Assembly (NCBI GenBank): GCA_000708835.1
Contig: DF237334.1
Span: 1 to 64,000 of the forward strand
Source: Klebsormidium nitens
Lineage: Eukaryota; Plantae; Klebsormidiophyceae
DNA: 64,000 nt
Direction: 5' to 3'
The position numbers and the translations under genes were made by a program. The notes beneath the pieces are model-generated. The model worked only from the letters and a program-made list of their open reading frames with translations, did no database searches and was not told the DNA's origin. Positions 12,201 to 25,529 of the stretch are shown piece by piece. The number at the start of each line of letters is the position of its first letter. Position 1 is the stretch's first letter.

Positions 12201-15200
12201 GCAGGCAGCCGCTGAAGCACAAAAGCACCTCACCTTCTACGAACTAGACCTGGGGCTCAACCACGTCGTCCGAAAATGGTCCGAGCCCGTCGACAACGGC
12301 GCCAACATGCTGGTAACGGTCCCGGGCGGCGCCGACGGCCCGGGAGGCGTTCTTGTGTGCGCCGAAAACTTCGTCATCTTCAAAAACCAGGGGCACCCGG
12401 ACGTCCGCGCGGTCATTCCGCGCCGCTCGGACCTGCCCGCGGAACGGGGGGTGTTAATTGTCTCAGCGGCAATGCACAAGCAGAAGGGGCTGTTCTTCTT
12501 CCTGCTGCAAACGGAGTACGGGGACATCTTCAAGGTGACGCTCGAGTACGAGCAGAAGGAGGGGACGGTCTCGGAGCTGAAGATTAAGTACTTCGACACA
12601 ATCCCGACGGCCGCGGCCCTGTGCGTGCTGCGCACCGGGTTCCTCTTTGCGGCGTCCGAGTTCGGCAACCACGCGCTGTACCAGTTCCAGGTAGGTCTTT
12701 TCGTTGCTTTTGTTCAGGCTCTGTATATGTGTGTTTGGTCGAGGTATGCAAGGCGCGGAGGAGACCTAGCTGAGAGGACTGGATTTCATAATCATCCTCA
12801 TTATCCTTATTAGAGGAGCTTCGAAGGCATCTGGATCATTATCGTTCGTAGGACGCGCTGGTCCAATATGCTTTTTATCGCAAAAGATGGACAGCTGTAT
12901 CACTAAAGGTGCTTGCTGTTTGTTTGATGCTCATTCCATAAGCGATGGGTTGTGTTTTGATTGTGAGCGAACTGCTCTTTACTCAGGGAAAGCTCAAGTG
13001 GTGATGGCTCCCCGATCTTGTACCCAGATCTTCCTCGATTCCGCTGGTGAAACAATGCAATTGACGCCGAGCCGTCCGACGGCTGCGTGTGAATCAGTTG
13101 AAATGCATAGATCCTACAATCTCAAGGTGGTCGGGAAGAGGTCTGTCAGGCGCGTGATCGCTCAAGCGTAAAGGAGGCGTTTCTATCTGTCCCGATGAAT
13201 GTCTCGCTAGCTGAATCCAGTCCGAAGTCTGACTCTTCCTCTTCGTTCTTCCCACAGGGCATTGGCGACGACCAAGACGTCGAGTCCTCCTCCGCAAACC
13301 TAGTGGAAACCGACGAAGGTTTCCAGCCCGTCTTCTTCTACCCGCGCCGCCTCAAGAACCTTGTCCCAATCGACGACATCGAGTCGCTCATGCCCATAAT
13401 GGACTTCAAAGTCGCCAACTTCTACGATGAAGAGACACCGCAGATCTACGCGCTGTGCGGGCGCGGCAACCGCTCGAGCCTCCGGATTTTGCGGCCCGGG
13501 TTAGCGGTGACCGAAATGGCGGTGTCGCCGCTCCCCGGGACGCCGCGCGCCGTTTGGACGGTGAAGAAGAGCGTGACGGACGACTTCGATTCGTATATCA
13601 TTGTGTCGTTCGTGAATGCGACGCTGGTGCTGAGCATTGGGGAGACGGTGGAGGAAGTCAGTGACAGCGGGTTCCTGGGCACGACACCCAGCCTGAGCGC
13701 GAGCTTACTGGGGGACGACAGCCTCATGCAGGTGAGAGTGCGCTGCAATTGATTGGGTGCAGAATTTTCCGAGAGCGAATTTCAGTACTCAGGACCGTGA
13801 GAATTTTGGTGCGACGCTTTGGTGGTTTGGCTGTACAGAAGGCATCTGAGGTCCTTTTGTGTCTCCTGACGTCTTCACTGTCTTGATTAGGCTGGTTGTT
13901 GTCTTCTTACGGCTCCGCTTCTTGAGCGGTTTAATTGTCCTTTTTGGTTTTTCAAATTTCTCAAGCCTCAGTTTGATCATTCAACATCACTCCGTTATCG
14001 GAGTAGTCGCACCCTCCAAACCAGAGCTCCACTTGTCTAAGCATTTCCAACTGATCCACCAAATCTGACCTGCACACGTCATTCGTATGCAGTCCATTTC
14101 CAGATCCCTTAACTCAACACTACCTTTTGCAGATCCACCCCAACGGCATCCGTCACATCCGCTCCGACGGCCGTATCAACGAGTGGAAGACCCCTGGGCG
14201 CATGACCATTACGAAAACCGGGTACAACCGTCAGCAAGTCGTCATCGCGCTCTCCGACGGCAAGCTCATCTACTTCGAGCTCGACGTGACGGGGCAACTC
14301 ATCGAAGTGGAGCAGAAGGAGATGTCGGGCGATGTTGCGTGCCTCGACATCGCGCCGGTCCCCGAGGGCCGGCAGCGCTCGCGCTTCCTGGCCGTCGGAT
14401 CGTTCGACTCGACGATCCGGATCCTGTCGCTCGACCCCGACGACTGCATGCAGATCCTGAGCGTGCAGGCGCTGACGTCACCCCCCGAGAGCCTGCTCCT
14501 GCTGGACGTGCAGACCGGCGCGGTCGAGTCGGAGCTGGGCGGGACGCGCTCGGTGTTTTTGAACGCGGGGCTGCAGAACGGCGTGCTGCTGCGGACGGAG
14601 GTGGACATGGTCACCGGACAGCTGTCGGACACGCGGACGCGGTTCCTCGGGCTGCGCGCGCCCAAGCTGTTTGCGACCCAGGTGAGGGAAAATGCAGCTT
14701 GAGGCTTGGATGGCTGGCTGCCTGGTTTCACAAAGGCGCAGTAGGGGTTGATGTAATCCAATTCACTCAGCTGGAGGGGTTCACAAGGGGGCAATAGGGG
14801 CTGCTTCGCAATCAGATGTATTGCGCGGACAGTCCCTTGGTTTACCCTGTCCTGCTTTTTTCCCAGCTTCGCCCGCTCGATCAGCTGGCCGCTAGCATCT
14901 GCCACTGGGCTTACTTGTACAATTTCAGTCAGCCAATCATTTTCTGAATAGTCTCTGATCAACCACGACCTTCTTCGAGGTTTGGTTCATCAATTTTCTC
15001 CTCGGCCTCTGAAACTGTTTGCAGAAGTGTGTATGCGACGATGCAGATGGTTTGCAAGACCCGCAAAGAATTTTTCCGGCGGTCTAACGGCGTACGCAAG
15101 CACGTTCGTTTCTTGCGCTGACGCTCAGAACTTGATGTCGTTGCAGGTGCACGGCACGCGCGCGATGCTGTGCTTGTCCAGCCGCCCGTGGCTGGGTTAC

Positions 15201-18200
15201 ACGCACCAGGGCCACTTCCAGCTCACCCCGCTCTCGTACGAAACCCTCGAGCACGCGAGCAGCTTTTCCAGCGACCAGTGCCCCGAGGGCGTCGTTGCGG
15301 TGGCCGACGATCAGCTGCGCGTCTTCACCATCGAACGGCTGGGGGAGACGTTCAACTCCACCGCCGCGCCGCTGCGCTACACGCCGCGGAAGTTCGTGCT
15401 CAACCCGACGCACAAGAACGTGGTCGTGATCGAGGCGGATCAGGGCGCGCTCACCGCAGACGAGCTCCAGGCGGCGATCAAAGAGGCGGTGGAGAACAAC
15501 AACGAGGCGGCGGGGGGAGATAAAATGGACGAGGACAAACCGGCGGAGGGGGGGGAGGACGAGGAGAAAGAGGACCCCCTTCCCGAGGAGCAGTACGGGT
15601 ATCCGAAGGCGACGGCGGATTCGTGGGCTAGCTGCATACGTGTCATTCGGCCGTTCCCGGAGGCGAAGACGACGTGTCTGCTGGAACTGGAGGCAAACGA
15701 GTGCGCGCTGAGTTTGTGTTTGGTGAACTTTCATGATAAGGAGGGGCTCGGGACGCTGCTCGCGGTGGGCACCGCGAGGGACCTGCAGTGGTTCCCGAAG
15801 CGGGGGGGCAGCGCGGGGTTCATCCACGTGTACAGGTGAGCTGATATCTGTGGAGAGCGATACCGAGGTCACAGAGCCGAAGCCTGTTTTTTAATTAGCA
15901 GGAGACGAGGGTCTGCAGGAACGATTAAATTGCAGAATAAGAAAAACCATGGATGCACTTATTGCGAGGGCAGTGATGAACCTGTCCTTTCTATTATTGT
16001 CATCTTGTCACTGCATATGCTTCTCCCTTGATGTTCAAAACACGACAGGACTTCTCTCCGACTGACGCGATTCAAGACGGCCTTCAAGTTTAATAAAGCG
16101 CTTCAGTCCTTTGTCTCCTGTTGTGTAAAGTCTGCAAGGTGATCGAAGAGGTCTTGCTGGGTCGAGGATATGCATTCGACTGCTCTCGCCTTTTGAATCC
16201 AGACAGTCTCTCCTCCTTGCAGAATATCATCATAACCTCAGAGGACCCCGCCTTTTACCTCCCTGCAAAACGCCCCGCTTTTCTTGCCCCCTGCTGCGGA
16301 TCCTTCATGGACGGCGACCGGCTTCAGCTGGTTTACAAGACACAGATCATCATTCCGACCAGATTGTCATTCCCACCTTTCACCTCCCATGAAACGCCCG
16401 TATTCTGCCCCTTGGCTGCAGATTTACTGATGACGGCGACCGGCTCCAGCTGGTGCACAAGACGGGATGCATGACTCTGACCAAAATCCACCTTTCCACC
16501 CCCATAAAACGCCCGTTTTTTCTCCCCCCCCGGCTGCAGATTTACCGATGACGGCTACCGGCTCCAGCTGGTGCACAAGACGCCACAAGACGCAAATCAT
16601 GATCCCGACCAGATTGTCATTCCCACCTTTCACCCCCCATAAAACGCCCGTTTTTCCTCCCCCCCGCGCTGCAGATTTACCGATGACGGCGACCGGCTCC
16701 AGCTGGTGCACAAGACGCAGGTCGACGGCCTCCCGACCGCGCTCGGTTCGTACCAGGGCCGATTACTGGCCGGCATGGGCCAAACCCTCCGCATCTACGA
16801 CCTCGGCAAGAAGAAGCTGCTGCGCAAGTGCGAAAACAAGCACTTCCCCAACACGATCGTCTCGATCCGCACGTACGGCGATCGGATATACGTGGGCGAT
16901 ATACAGGAGAGCTTCCATTTCGTGAAGTATAGAAAGGACGAGAACCAGCTGTACATCTTTGCGGACGACGTGGTGCCAAGGTGGCTGACTTGCTCGCTGC
17001 ACATGGACTTTGACACCATGGCGGGCGCGGACAAGTTTGGGAACGTGTTCATGGCGCGGCTGCCGCAGGAGGTGTCGGAGGAGATTGAGGACGACCCCAC
17101 AGGTGCGTGCGCAATGCCTTACTCCTCTACCCCGTGGCTTTTACGTCCGGTTGACTGTACGCGTTTCAAAAAGCAGAACTTGAGAGATCAAGGTCGAAAC
17201 GGTGATGATAGTGAAGGTTGCCGGGCTTGCCATGTGCACGTTGCTGGTCTGTTTGTCTGCCCCTCATAGCTTTGGCCTTCCGGTCCCTTGTCTCCAGACA
17301 AGGTGAGGTGGAGGGTGGCAACGTTGGTAGGGACCCGCTTTGAGTCGGTTGCAGAACTGGACAAGAATTCGTGACTTTCCGATCCGCTCTTCTCGCTCAC
17401 AACGGCTGTCCATTACATGGATGATAATCCGGCTTTGTTGAAGGGTAGCTCGCAAATAGCGTCTCTGGCGCTGCCTGTTCGTCGACGTTGATGGAAATTC
17501 CGCCCGGATCTTAGCATGACGGAAAGACGAGTCAGGTACCCCTCTCAAACCAGAACTTACTCCTGCATATCCTTTCGCTTCTACTTGTGATTGACTGTCC
17601 CTCACTATCACAGGCGGCAAAATCAAGTTCGAGGCGGGCCGGCTGAATGGCGCGCCCAACAAGCTGGACGAGATCATCCAGTTCCACGTGGGGGAGGTCG
17701 TGACCGCCATGCAGAAGGCCGCGCTCATTCCGGGGGGCCAAGAAGCGCTCCTGTACGGAACGATCATGGGCGGAGTCGGCGCAATGCTCCCGTTCACGTC
17801 GCGCGAGGACGTCGACTTCTTTTCGCACCTGGAGATGCACCTGCGGCAGGAGCACCCGCCGCTGCTGGGGCGGGACCACATGGCGTTCCGGTCGGCCTAC
17901 TTTCCGGTCAAGGTGAGCCGGATCGCCTGTTTTGGCGCCTGAGATGCCTCGATCTGGAAGGAGTTGTGGATGATTCTCCTTGTCCAGGAAGTCTTTCTTT
18001 GATGAAGTTGCCTCGTTCTTCCTACAAGAAGTCGTTTGAGGACTCACGGCTGCTGCCTCCAGTCAATCTTCTGTGTTGTTTCACTTAGAACGGCCGGAAC
18101 GAGCCCCATTTCGTATTCAAGTCGTGACCCAGGGTATTGCGTCAATTCCTCGGCTATTCAGTGTGGTAATGAATCATCGTTGGCAGCAAAAGGAGTCTAC

Positions 18201-18637
18201 TGCGGTTGTCATCTGCGGTTGTCATCTGCGGTTGTCATCAAGTTTGTGATCCTGTTCTCTTGAGCGGGGTACAACAAAGATTGCATCAGCCCCTACGGGC
18301 TGCAGACCAATTGATTCTTGCTGCTGACTGCATCCCTCTACCGGTACTTCCTGAGAATGCTGTAGTTTCACTTTGCCAGACCCTGGGTTCAGCTTCTGAG
18401 GTCAGTACCCTTTGTTGAAACGAAGGCGAACGCGATGCTGATGACTCCGTTACTTCGTCTTGTGTTCTGCTTCTCAATGTATCCCTCGTCCTCCTACAGG
18501 ATGTAATCGACGGCGACTTGTGCGAACAGTTCCCCATGCTTAACGCAGAAACGCAGCGGAAAATAGCCGAGGAGCTGGACAGGACGCCGGGGGAGGTTTT
18601 GAAAAAGCTGGAAGACATCCGAAACCGAATAATCTAG
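9230..18637 (+). CDS. SF3B3: Splicing factor 3B subunit 3 (SAP130/Rse1), 10 exons, 1219 aa
   Basis: Exons 9230-9443, 10655-10797, 11668-11907, 12205-12690, 13258-13731, 14133-14681, 15147-15835, 16675-17102, 17614-17912, 18500-18637 total 3660 nt and are in frame. Begins [24 protein letters not shown], contains [18 protein letters not shown] and ends [11 protein letters not shown]...[17 protein letters not shown], characteristic of SF3B3. Confidence 0.98.
10600..10635 (+). repeat. Perfect 18-bp tandem duplication containing the branch-point motif CTGAC in SF3B3 intron 1
   Basis: TTTTTATGCTCTGCTGAC x2 (10600-10617, 10618-10635), 19 nt before the exon 2 acceptor. Confidence 0.9.
16226..16720 (+). 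repeat. Four diverged ~120-135 bp tandem units, each intron 3' end plus the first ~45 nt of SF3B3 exon 8
   Basis: Recurrent ...AAACGCCC...GCTGCAG ATTTAC(C/T)GATGACGGC(G/T)ACCGGCTCCAGCTGGTGCACAAGAC. Acceptor positions are 16299 (CAG mutated to CGG), 16421, 16539 and 16674 (functional). Confidence 0.95.
18201..18239 (+). repeat. 13-bp tandem repeat x3 in SF3B3 intron 9
   Basis: TGCGGTTGTCATC at 18201, 18214 and 18227. Confidence 0.9.
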
Positions 18638-19879
18638 AGGCGGTCGTTCACAGAAGCTCTGTGAATATTGTACGATACTTGAACTGACCTAATCTGGCTG
18701 GAGTCATGCATTTCTTGAATTCTGGCCGGTGATGCAACCGCCAATGCATGCGGTGGCATGTCGTTAGAGTGTACGTTGTCAGCTTGAAGCCATTTGAATC
18801 AACGCAACAATCCGGATCCGGATGCATCCGGCAGCTGCTAATTGTGCTTGCATGGTCCACTTGCATTTTTCAGTGTAATTTAACCGTCGGGCAGCTGCTG
18901 ATCGTGCGTGCCCCTGCTCACAACCGCATGCATGCCACTATGGCAATGTAATACGTTTGCTGGCATGAGCGTTCGTGCAGGCTCCATATTCGCGAGCTAG
19001 CTCCGCGGTGCGGGCGCCGCATGTACTCGCGGTTTGATTTGGATGTATATACAAGGTAGAGTGACGTTGCAGCTCGCGGCCTTCAATCTGCAATTTGGAT
19101 CATTCCCGTCTGGATGCGAACGCGGACCAATTGCACGCAAGGATACAACATGGATTGAGGTTAATCGTACCCCTACATTCGTCATGATCTGGTGCATGAA
19201 CTTATCCACGTGACTGAGTCAGTTATCGATGTAACTGATCCGACATTGATTTACAACACATGCATCTTGGATCGCCGTCGGATGGTAAGGTTCCGTGTAC
19301 GAACGTACTTCGTTAACGGTCAATGTATACCATGATCTGCAAAATCCTTTTTAAGTGCAGGCCGCGGTTAAATCAAAGAAACAAGTCGCCATGCAGCTTC
19401 GTTAATTTCGAGTCTCATGAATCTGAAGGAGCTGCAGCGTCAATGTGCATAAAGCCAAGCTAGTGCCCAGCTTACATCACTAGAGATGGTCGCCATCATA
19501 TTTCCACGCCGTTTGCTTATTGCAACCAGTTGACAAAGAAGAATGCTTGGTCAGCTCGTCACCTTCTTTACTTGCCCCATCGGAAGCAGGCTTCCATCAT
19601 CAACTCCGCGCCCCGGGCGCTGGCCTTTCCACTAGCCCCGATCGCGGCAGGACATCTTGAAGTCGGTCCCGAAGCCACCAGAAAGACAAAACACTTGGAA
19701 AGGTCTCGAGCAGGTCTGCAGCAATCTCGCAAATGATAGTGTAGGACAGAATCGATCATCTCGAGCGGGCCGGCTCGAATCATTCCTTCTGGAATGTTGG
19801 CACCCTTTTCGCCTGTCCAGGATCCTTTCCACTGGTGCCTGGTACTCACCCGGCCGTGAAGGGCCGACAACCTGCCACG

Positions 19880-21626
19880 TCAGCGGCACAGCTCCTTGTG
19901 CCCTTCTTTCCACGCCAGCTTCTGGCACTCTGCAGAGGAGAAAGGAGCAGATTCTTTACGATGCATCGACGAAGGACATCAAAGTTTGTCCCTTGTGCGC
20001 CAGACAACGCCCAGTTTCCGTGGGTTTTGACAAACCCCCGCATTGAAGTCAACCTTGTGCTCAAGCAAGAACGACGGCAAATCCTTACTGGACCGGCACT
20101 TAAAGCACTTGAACAGAGAACTAAACGTTTACCCAAATCAAGCGAAGACCAAACATACCGTGATTGGGTCGTCGACGTGTAATCAGCTGCCCAAGAAAGC
20201 ATTGCACATGGAAAAGATTGAGTATCCACATGTTTGACTGACGCTTACCCCTGCTGCAGTACACCGCAATCTTGCATCTTCCGCACTTCTTGTACGAGCC
20301 AGCTACGCTTTCGATCATGCGGCATCGAGTGTTTGAGCATTTTCTGCGCTCCACATACACGTGGCGTTGCTTGAGTGGCAGGTTGGAGGTTTCCAGATCC
20401 ACGCTGTCCGCTCGCTCCTTGCGCGCTTTCTGCGTCGCTTTACGTACAAAAACGTAATGTGCTCCGCAGCTTTCTTCTGACGGAGTTGAAAAGACTTTGC
20501 GCAGCTGAACGCTCCTTCGCACAGCGCCTTCGTCGGCCTCGAAACGGTCGGTGAGAGCCGCATGCATCTGTTCCGCCGAGAGATGGTGAAGCTCGTTTCT
20601 CCAAAATTGCTGCGCCGCAAAGAGGATGAAGCGCTGGAGTGCTCCGCCAACTTGGTTTCCCAAGGAGTACAAGGCAAGTAATGAGGATTCAAGGGATGAG
20701 TAGTCCGAGAGCTGTAAGATGTCCTCATTTTCTTTTAGTGTTAGATAAAGGAGCCGAGTTGCCACATCGATCCGCTCTTTGCTCTGACAGTTTGCCAGCA
20801 CATTTTCCACGAGCTCGTACAACTCGCTTCTCAAAGTTCGCAGATCAGCCCTCTCGGTCGCAGCTGCATTATAGACGATGCCACAGCAGAGAAAGTAGAC
20901 TTGGACATACGCTTCTTCGTCCTCGCCCTTGATGCTCTCCGCATAGCTAAGCACCCCCTAGTCCAAGAAAGGAGTATCTTCAGCAACTTTCTTTGTGTAG
21001 CTGCGAGATTCTTGCATCAAAGACATCTGAAGCCTCACGATCTCCATTCTCGCCGCTTTCTGGGGTTCAAATGCCACTTGGAGATCCATCCCTTCGTTGG
21101 ACATCCTCATCGTGAAAATAGCTCTTGCAACCTGTGCCACATCTGGGAACTCCTTGAGAACGAAAGCTACACAGCGGGTGTCCATTGCCAAAGAAGCCAA
21201 GCACTGAGCGTAGGTCAAAGCTTTGTTGACTCCGATGAATGCAGCTGATGTCGAGCAGACAAAGAAGTCCATTTCAGGTAGAACGTGTAACCACCCTCCT
21301 GCTGCGACTTCTCTCATACCAGCAGCAACTGCCCGCACAAGGCCCCTCTGGAGCAGAAACGACGCTAGATTCAAGAGGATCTGAGTCTCACTGTGCGATT
21401 TGAGGATTTTCAAGCACTGCTGCATGTGATACGCTCTAATCAACCTCATCTCTGGATCTTCAGAAAGTGCTGATTTCAGGATCTCAAGCACCAGGTCAGA
21501 GCTCTCAGGGTTTTCTATCCCTGCGCTCTTCATGACTTTGAGAAGACAGTCATCTCCTGCGCAGCCACAATCCTGAGATCTGCGCAACGATTCAGGAGCT
21601 GCACCTGCGCTTGCTGACGACGCCAT
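19880..21626 (-). pseudogene. MYND zinc-finger protein with a helical N-terminal region; one in-frame TAG (recent pseudogene or sequence error)
   Basis: Exon 21626-20249, intron 20248-19930 (GTAAGC...CTCTGCAG), exon 19929-19880. Spliced C-terminus CSNTRC...YKKCGRCKIAVYCSRECQKLAWKEGHKELCR* is a complete MYND motif. TAG at 20960-20958 separates two otherwise open in-frame halves. Confidence 0.75.
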
Positions 21627-21823
21627 TGTTATACCCACTCAATCAGAAGGCAGCCTTTGTAGAACCAAGTGTCCCAAGCGACCCCAATTCTTGGCTCTGG
21701 CCTATGCACGACATATGGTTCATCTTTGTCTAGGCTTGTGAGCACGACCTGCGGCTGCCGGCTAAAACGGAAACCCTCGAGGAGGGCGGGCTGCGGTCAG
21801 CTGCGGCTCCCAACTTCTCTCCT

Positions 21824-22690
21824 CTAGGCTCTACTTATGTAACTCACGCGTGCATGCAAGCCAGCGTCAAAGCCTTTGAGCAAAACTTGAAGTTCGCGCA
21901 CTTCGTGAAAATGTTTGACGATGCTGGCAACTCTTGCTTTCCTGATGTCAACAGCAGCTTTCACAAGAAACAGGAGCCCCGGGCACCTCAAACCGAAAAT
22001 CCTAACCTTTGACATAACCCGCTCCGCACCAGCACCCGCCCTAACCGCCTAACTAACCTCAACCCGTCCCCCGGGTGCCTATCTTGGTGAAAGTTGTCGT
22101 CAGTGAAAGCAAAGTTGCTGCTTAACGGAAGTGGCCGACTCACCAGTTTATAATCCAGAGTCACCAGAGTTAATCTGGACGGCCCTTGCAAAAGAGGGCC
22201 GTCTGATGCTTTGGGCGTAGCCATCGGACGGTTCAGGGTCTGCTCTGTCTGTGACAAGCGCAGCCCGAACTTGCTCAAAGCGGCCAGGTTTTGGACAGAC
22301 TGCGGTGCGCCTGTTGATCGAAGCGCAAAGCTTGGATACTGAAGACTGCACATCCGTTTGTCCGCTACTCTCGTGCTGACCAAGTACGTTCAAAACGGGG
22401 ATGCCTGAAGCCGACGTCGTAATTGCCGGGGATGAATAGATGCACGGTGGGAAGATACAGCTTTGACATTGAACTAGGTCTTGAACCGACCATCGATCTG
22501 CGGTGCGCTTCAGCGCTCCACGTATGAAAGCAAGCATGCAGGCACGCTGTCAATTGAGGCGGACACTCTATTGCATGCTCTGCATTCCAATCAGAAAGGC
22601 CGATTGAATCGAATGAACGCAACGAAGCAATCGTATCATGGTTGACTAACCAGTTCAACAAAAGATCCGACAAGTGCAGGTCCTTTACAC
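21824..22690 (-). pseudogene. Possible decayed coding fragments, function unknown
   Basis: Three short protein-like ORFs in different frames (22673-22365, 22383-21988, 22015-21824), e.g. KDLHLSDLLLNWLVNHDTIASLRSF; no recognisable domain. Confidence 0.2.
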
Positions 22691-22991
22691 TCTGCTGCTC
22701 TCAATAATGGCAGCGGGTCCCCGATCGTAGTCAAATTGTACACTCTACGTAACTGAGAAAGCCTACTAAAGGTGACATAAGATTGGCAAGGACGAGGACC
22801 ACTTATGCTGTCCTTTGTAAAGAGTTGTCTTGCACGGATCCGTTAAAAGAGGGCAATCGGCCTATGATTTGCTACACTGTTTTCAGGAAGCCCCACATCT
22901 CTCGAGAAACATTAGCCTCGACGCTGCGAAACTGCTTATATACAGACTGTCAAATGTGCGGAACACCTACAACAGTCGTGACTTCTTCTTT

Positions 22992-25529
22992 TCAGGTCAC
23001 TCGCAGGCTTAGGACCAAACCCTCGCCCCCACACGCCCAGACCGGCCGCTCGTGCAGCGCGAGACCCTCGAACTCGGGGCACCCGTCCTTCAGCAGCTCG
23101 AAGACCTTGACGAAAGTGAGTGCGCGCCTCGATCGTCCTTCGGCGCGCGCGCGTTCTCGCTTAGCTGGGGGCAAGAAGCCGCGGCTGGCCGTCATCGCTT
23201 CATCGATCTCCCGGTCCAGTCGCTGGGTAATCCAGTCCTCCTTCAGGGCCAGGAGCTGCTCGAGCGCAGGCCTGCCCGGCGGAGTCGACCGGGGGACGTC
23301 GAAGCTCTGGAGCCGAGCGAGGGAGAAAGGGCCCGGCGGCCGGCAGAGGCGCTCGAAATCTGCGTGAGAAAGAAGAAAGGGTTGCATCAAGGTGAATGCC
23401 GTTGTTCACCTACGAGACGGAGATGTCGAAGCGGAGGCATGCGACCCGTTAAAAATCTGCCGAAAGTCGCTCAGTACCTAGTCCGCTGCAATGACAAGAC
23501 ACGTAGCTCACAGTGTGCTTGCTGTGGTATATACCACGTTCGCAAACCTGACCCAATCAATCTGAATGCAAGCATCACAAGAGGTCGATTGTAAGGGACA
23601 GCTGGCTGTATCCCAAAGCAATTCTTGTTCTCCGCTTGCAATTGTCACTTGCCTTGATTGAGCTCTTCGATTGGAGGAGAATGTAGTGTCCGCATTTGAG
23701 CCCTGTGTTTTGGCAGTGCATAGGTTTGAAAGCTGCTCTTATGTATACCGTACTCACAGAGGACAATCTTTCAGAAGCGCAATTGAATCGCAAACTGAAA
23801 CCAACTCGGAAACTCAAACTTGGAGAGCAATCCACACGCGCAAAACAAGTTCACTAGGGCACCCAGTTTCCGGGTGCCCATCACCGGTTTTCCTCTCACC
23901 TGCATTGTGTGGGCACAGCGCGCTCGAAGACAGCTGGAGTGGGCAGCACGACAGCTGTGCTCGCGCTCCATTCTCCTCTTTGAGCCTAACCAGTGCCTGG
24001 TACCCCTCACGTGTCGCCCCACTCCTAATGCAAACCGCCAGGTTCAGTTTCCTCAATCTTCTGTTTTTGTTCAGCCCGGCAGAGAGAAGCAAGAGAGGCA
24101 CGCTGTCGTCAAGCGCGATGGTGACGCTGAGGGTTAGCAGGCTCGGGTTAAGGGCCAAATACGCCGCCAGAAGGCAGGTCGCGGCCGGGTTCAGGTGGGC
24201 GGTTTGCAGGTCGAGGGTCTCCAACCCGAGGTTTGGCTCCAAAAGGCGCACAGCAGTGCGGGGAGCCATCTTCTCAGCCCTGACTACTGCTGGGAGCTTC
24301 AAAACCCTCAGAGTCTGGTTCCTGGCTAACCCTTCAAAGAGCGAGTCGAGAACCGACGGGTACTCCAAGTCGACTCCGGACAGCTCCAGCTGCGTCAGCT
24401 TTTCGCGTGCGTCCGCCATGAAAGGTACGATGGCCCCAAGCGCCGCCGCCGCCGGCACCCCTGGAGGTGCCACGTGGCACAACCTCAGCCGTTCAAGGGT
24501 CGGGATGCCAGCCAAGCCCCTCAGGATGGGGTCCAAAACCGCTGAGTTTTGGACGTCCAGATTCTCAATCGTCACCGACGTTATGGTCTGGCTCCGCCGG
24601 AGCGCCTCCCCTAGTTGCTCCGCCCGCCGCCAGGCTACCACCCGCCCTTCCCCCGTCCGCAACGACAGGACACTGAGCCGCGACATCGCCTCTCCGATGC
24701 CCCGTACCCGTTCTAGAACCGGTTCCCAGTCGCTCTCCTTTTCGACTACCAGGCACTCGGCCCGCACGGATTGCACCCGGCGGTACAGGAAGTGGCTCAG
24801 GGAATACATCCCGGTTTTGCCCTCCCACCCATTGGCCACTAGATTAAGCGCCCAGAACTCCGACAGCTTGCCCGTTGCATCAAAGAGGTCGTCGAACCAG
24901 AGCGTGTTCTGCAGACCGGACACGTTCAGAACCATCTCAGGCTTGTCTTGGAAGCTGATTGGGAGCTTGTCTGCGCTGCATTGGGCATTGGAAATTTCAG
25001 CAAAGCGGCCCACCAGCCTTCTAGCCGGGGACAAATCCTCCTCCCCAGCTCTTCTTTTTGCTGAAAGGCCCAGCTGAAAGCGACGGTAGCCAGGGTCAGC
25101 TTCTGCGGCACTCCCCCTCTGCCCATTGACTTGATTTGCACAGTCACAGAGATACCTGATCACTGCTCGAAATGTGGCTCTGCTGATTGGGGCCTCCCTC
25201 TCCGATGGGGAAAAGTCGGTTTGGCCCCAGATGACGTAGAAGCAGGCGCTGTCGATGATGTCACGCATCTCCCGGGAGACCCGCCGCTGACGCAGGCGGT
25301 CGCTCACTTTGAAGGGCGGTGCAAGGATCGCCAGCTGGAGGTGTTGGGGAAAATCAGAGAAGGAGCGAGATCCCCCAGCCATACGTTTCAGGGCGGGGGG
25401 AACGTCCATTGGAGGGAACAGGGTGGGAACTAGGGCCCTGAATATTGCTGCGCACAGGATCACAAGTCTTTGAAGCCAAGCTGTGAGAGCCTGTCTGCAG
25501 GTCTGAGATGTTGTGAGCGATGCTTGCAT
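22992..25529 (-). CDS. F-box-like protein with RNI-type leucine-rich repeats
   Basis: Exon 25529 (or ATG 25409) to 23900, then phase-1 intron (GTGAGA...CACGCAG), then exon 23359-22992. F-box-like SFSDFPQHLQLAILAPPFKVSDRLRQRRVSREMRDII. Repeats LARNQTLRVLKL, LEPNLGLETLDL, LALNPSLLTLSV and LNKNRRLRKLNL fit the RNI/RanGAP-type LxxNxxLxxLxL pattern. Confidence 0.8.

Noticed and set aside
16226-16720. Repeat-spacer appearance suggesting a CRISPR array
   Set aside because: Units are long, wholly homologous copies of host intron/exon sequence with no unique spacers or cas genes, in a eukaryotic locus
17567-17575. ATATCCTTT, a U12-type donor consensus inside SF3B3 intron 8
   Set aside because: Lies within the pyrimidine-rich end of a normal GT-AG intron; the gene model is complete without it and no matching U12 branch/AC acceptor was found
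23671-25077. 468-aa plus-strand ORF, and similar long antisense ORFs over SF3B3, TRM and GAPCp exons
   Set aside because: Antisense or alternate-frame shadows of GC-rich coding exons
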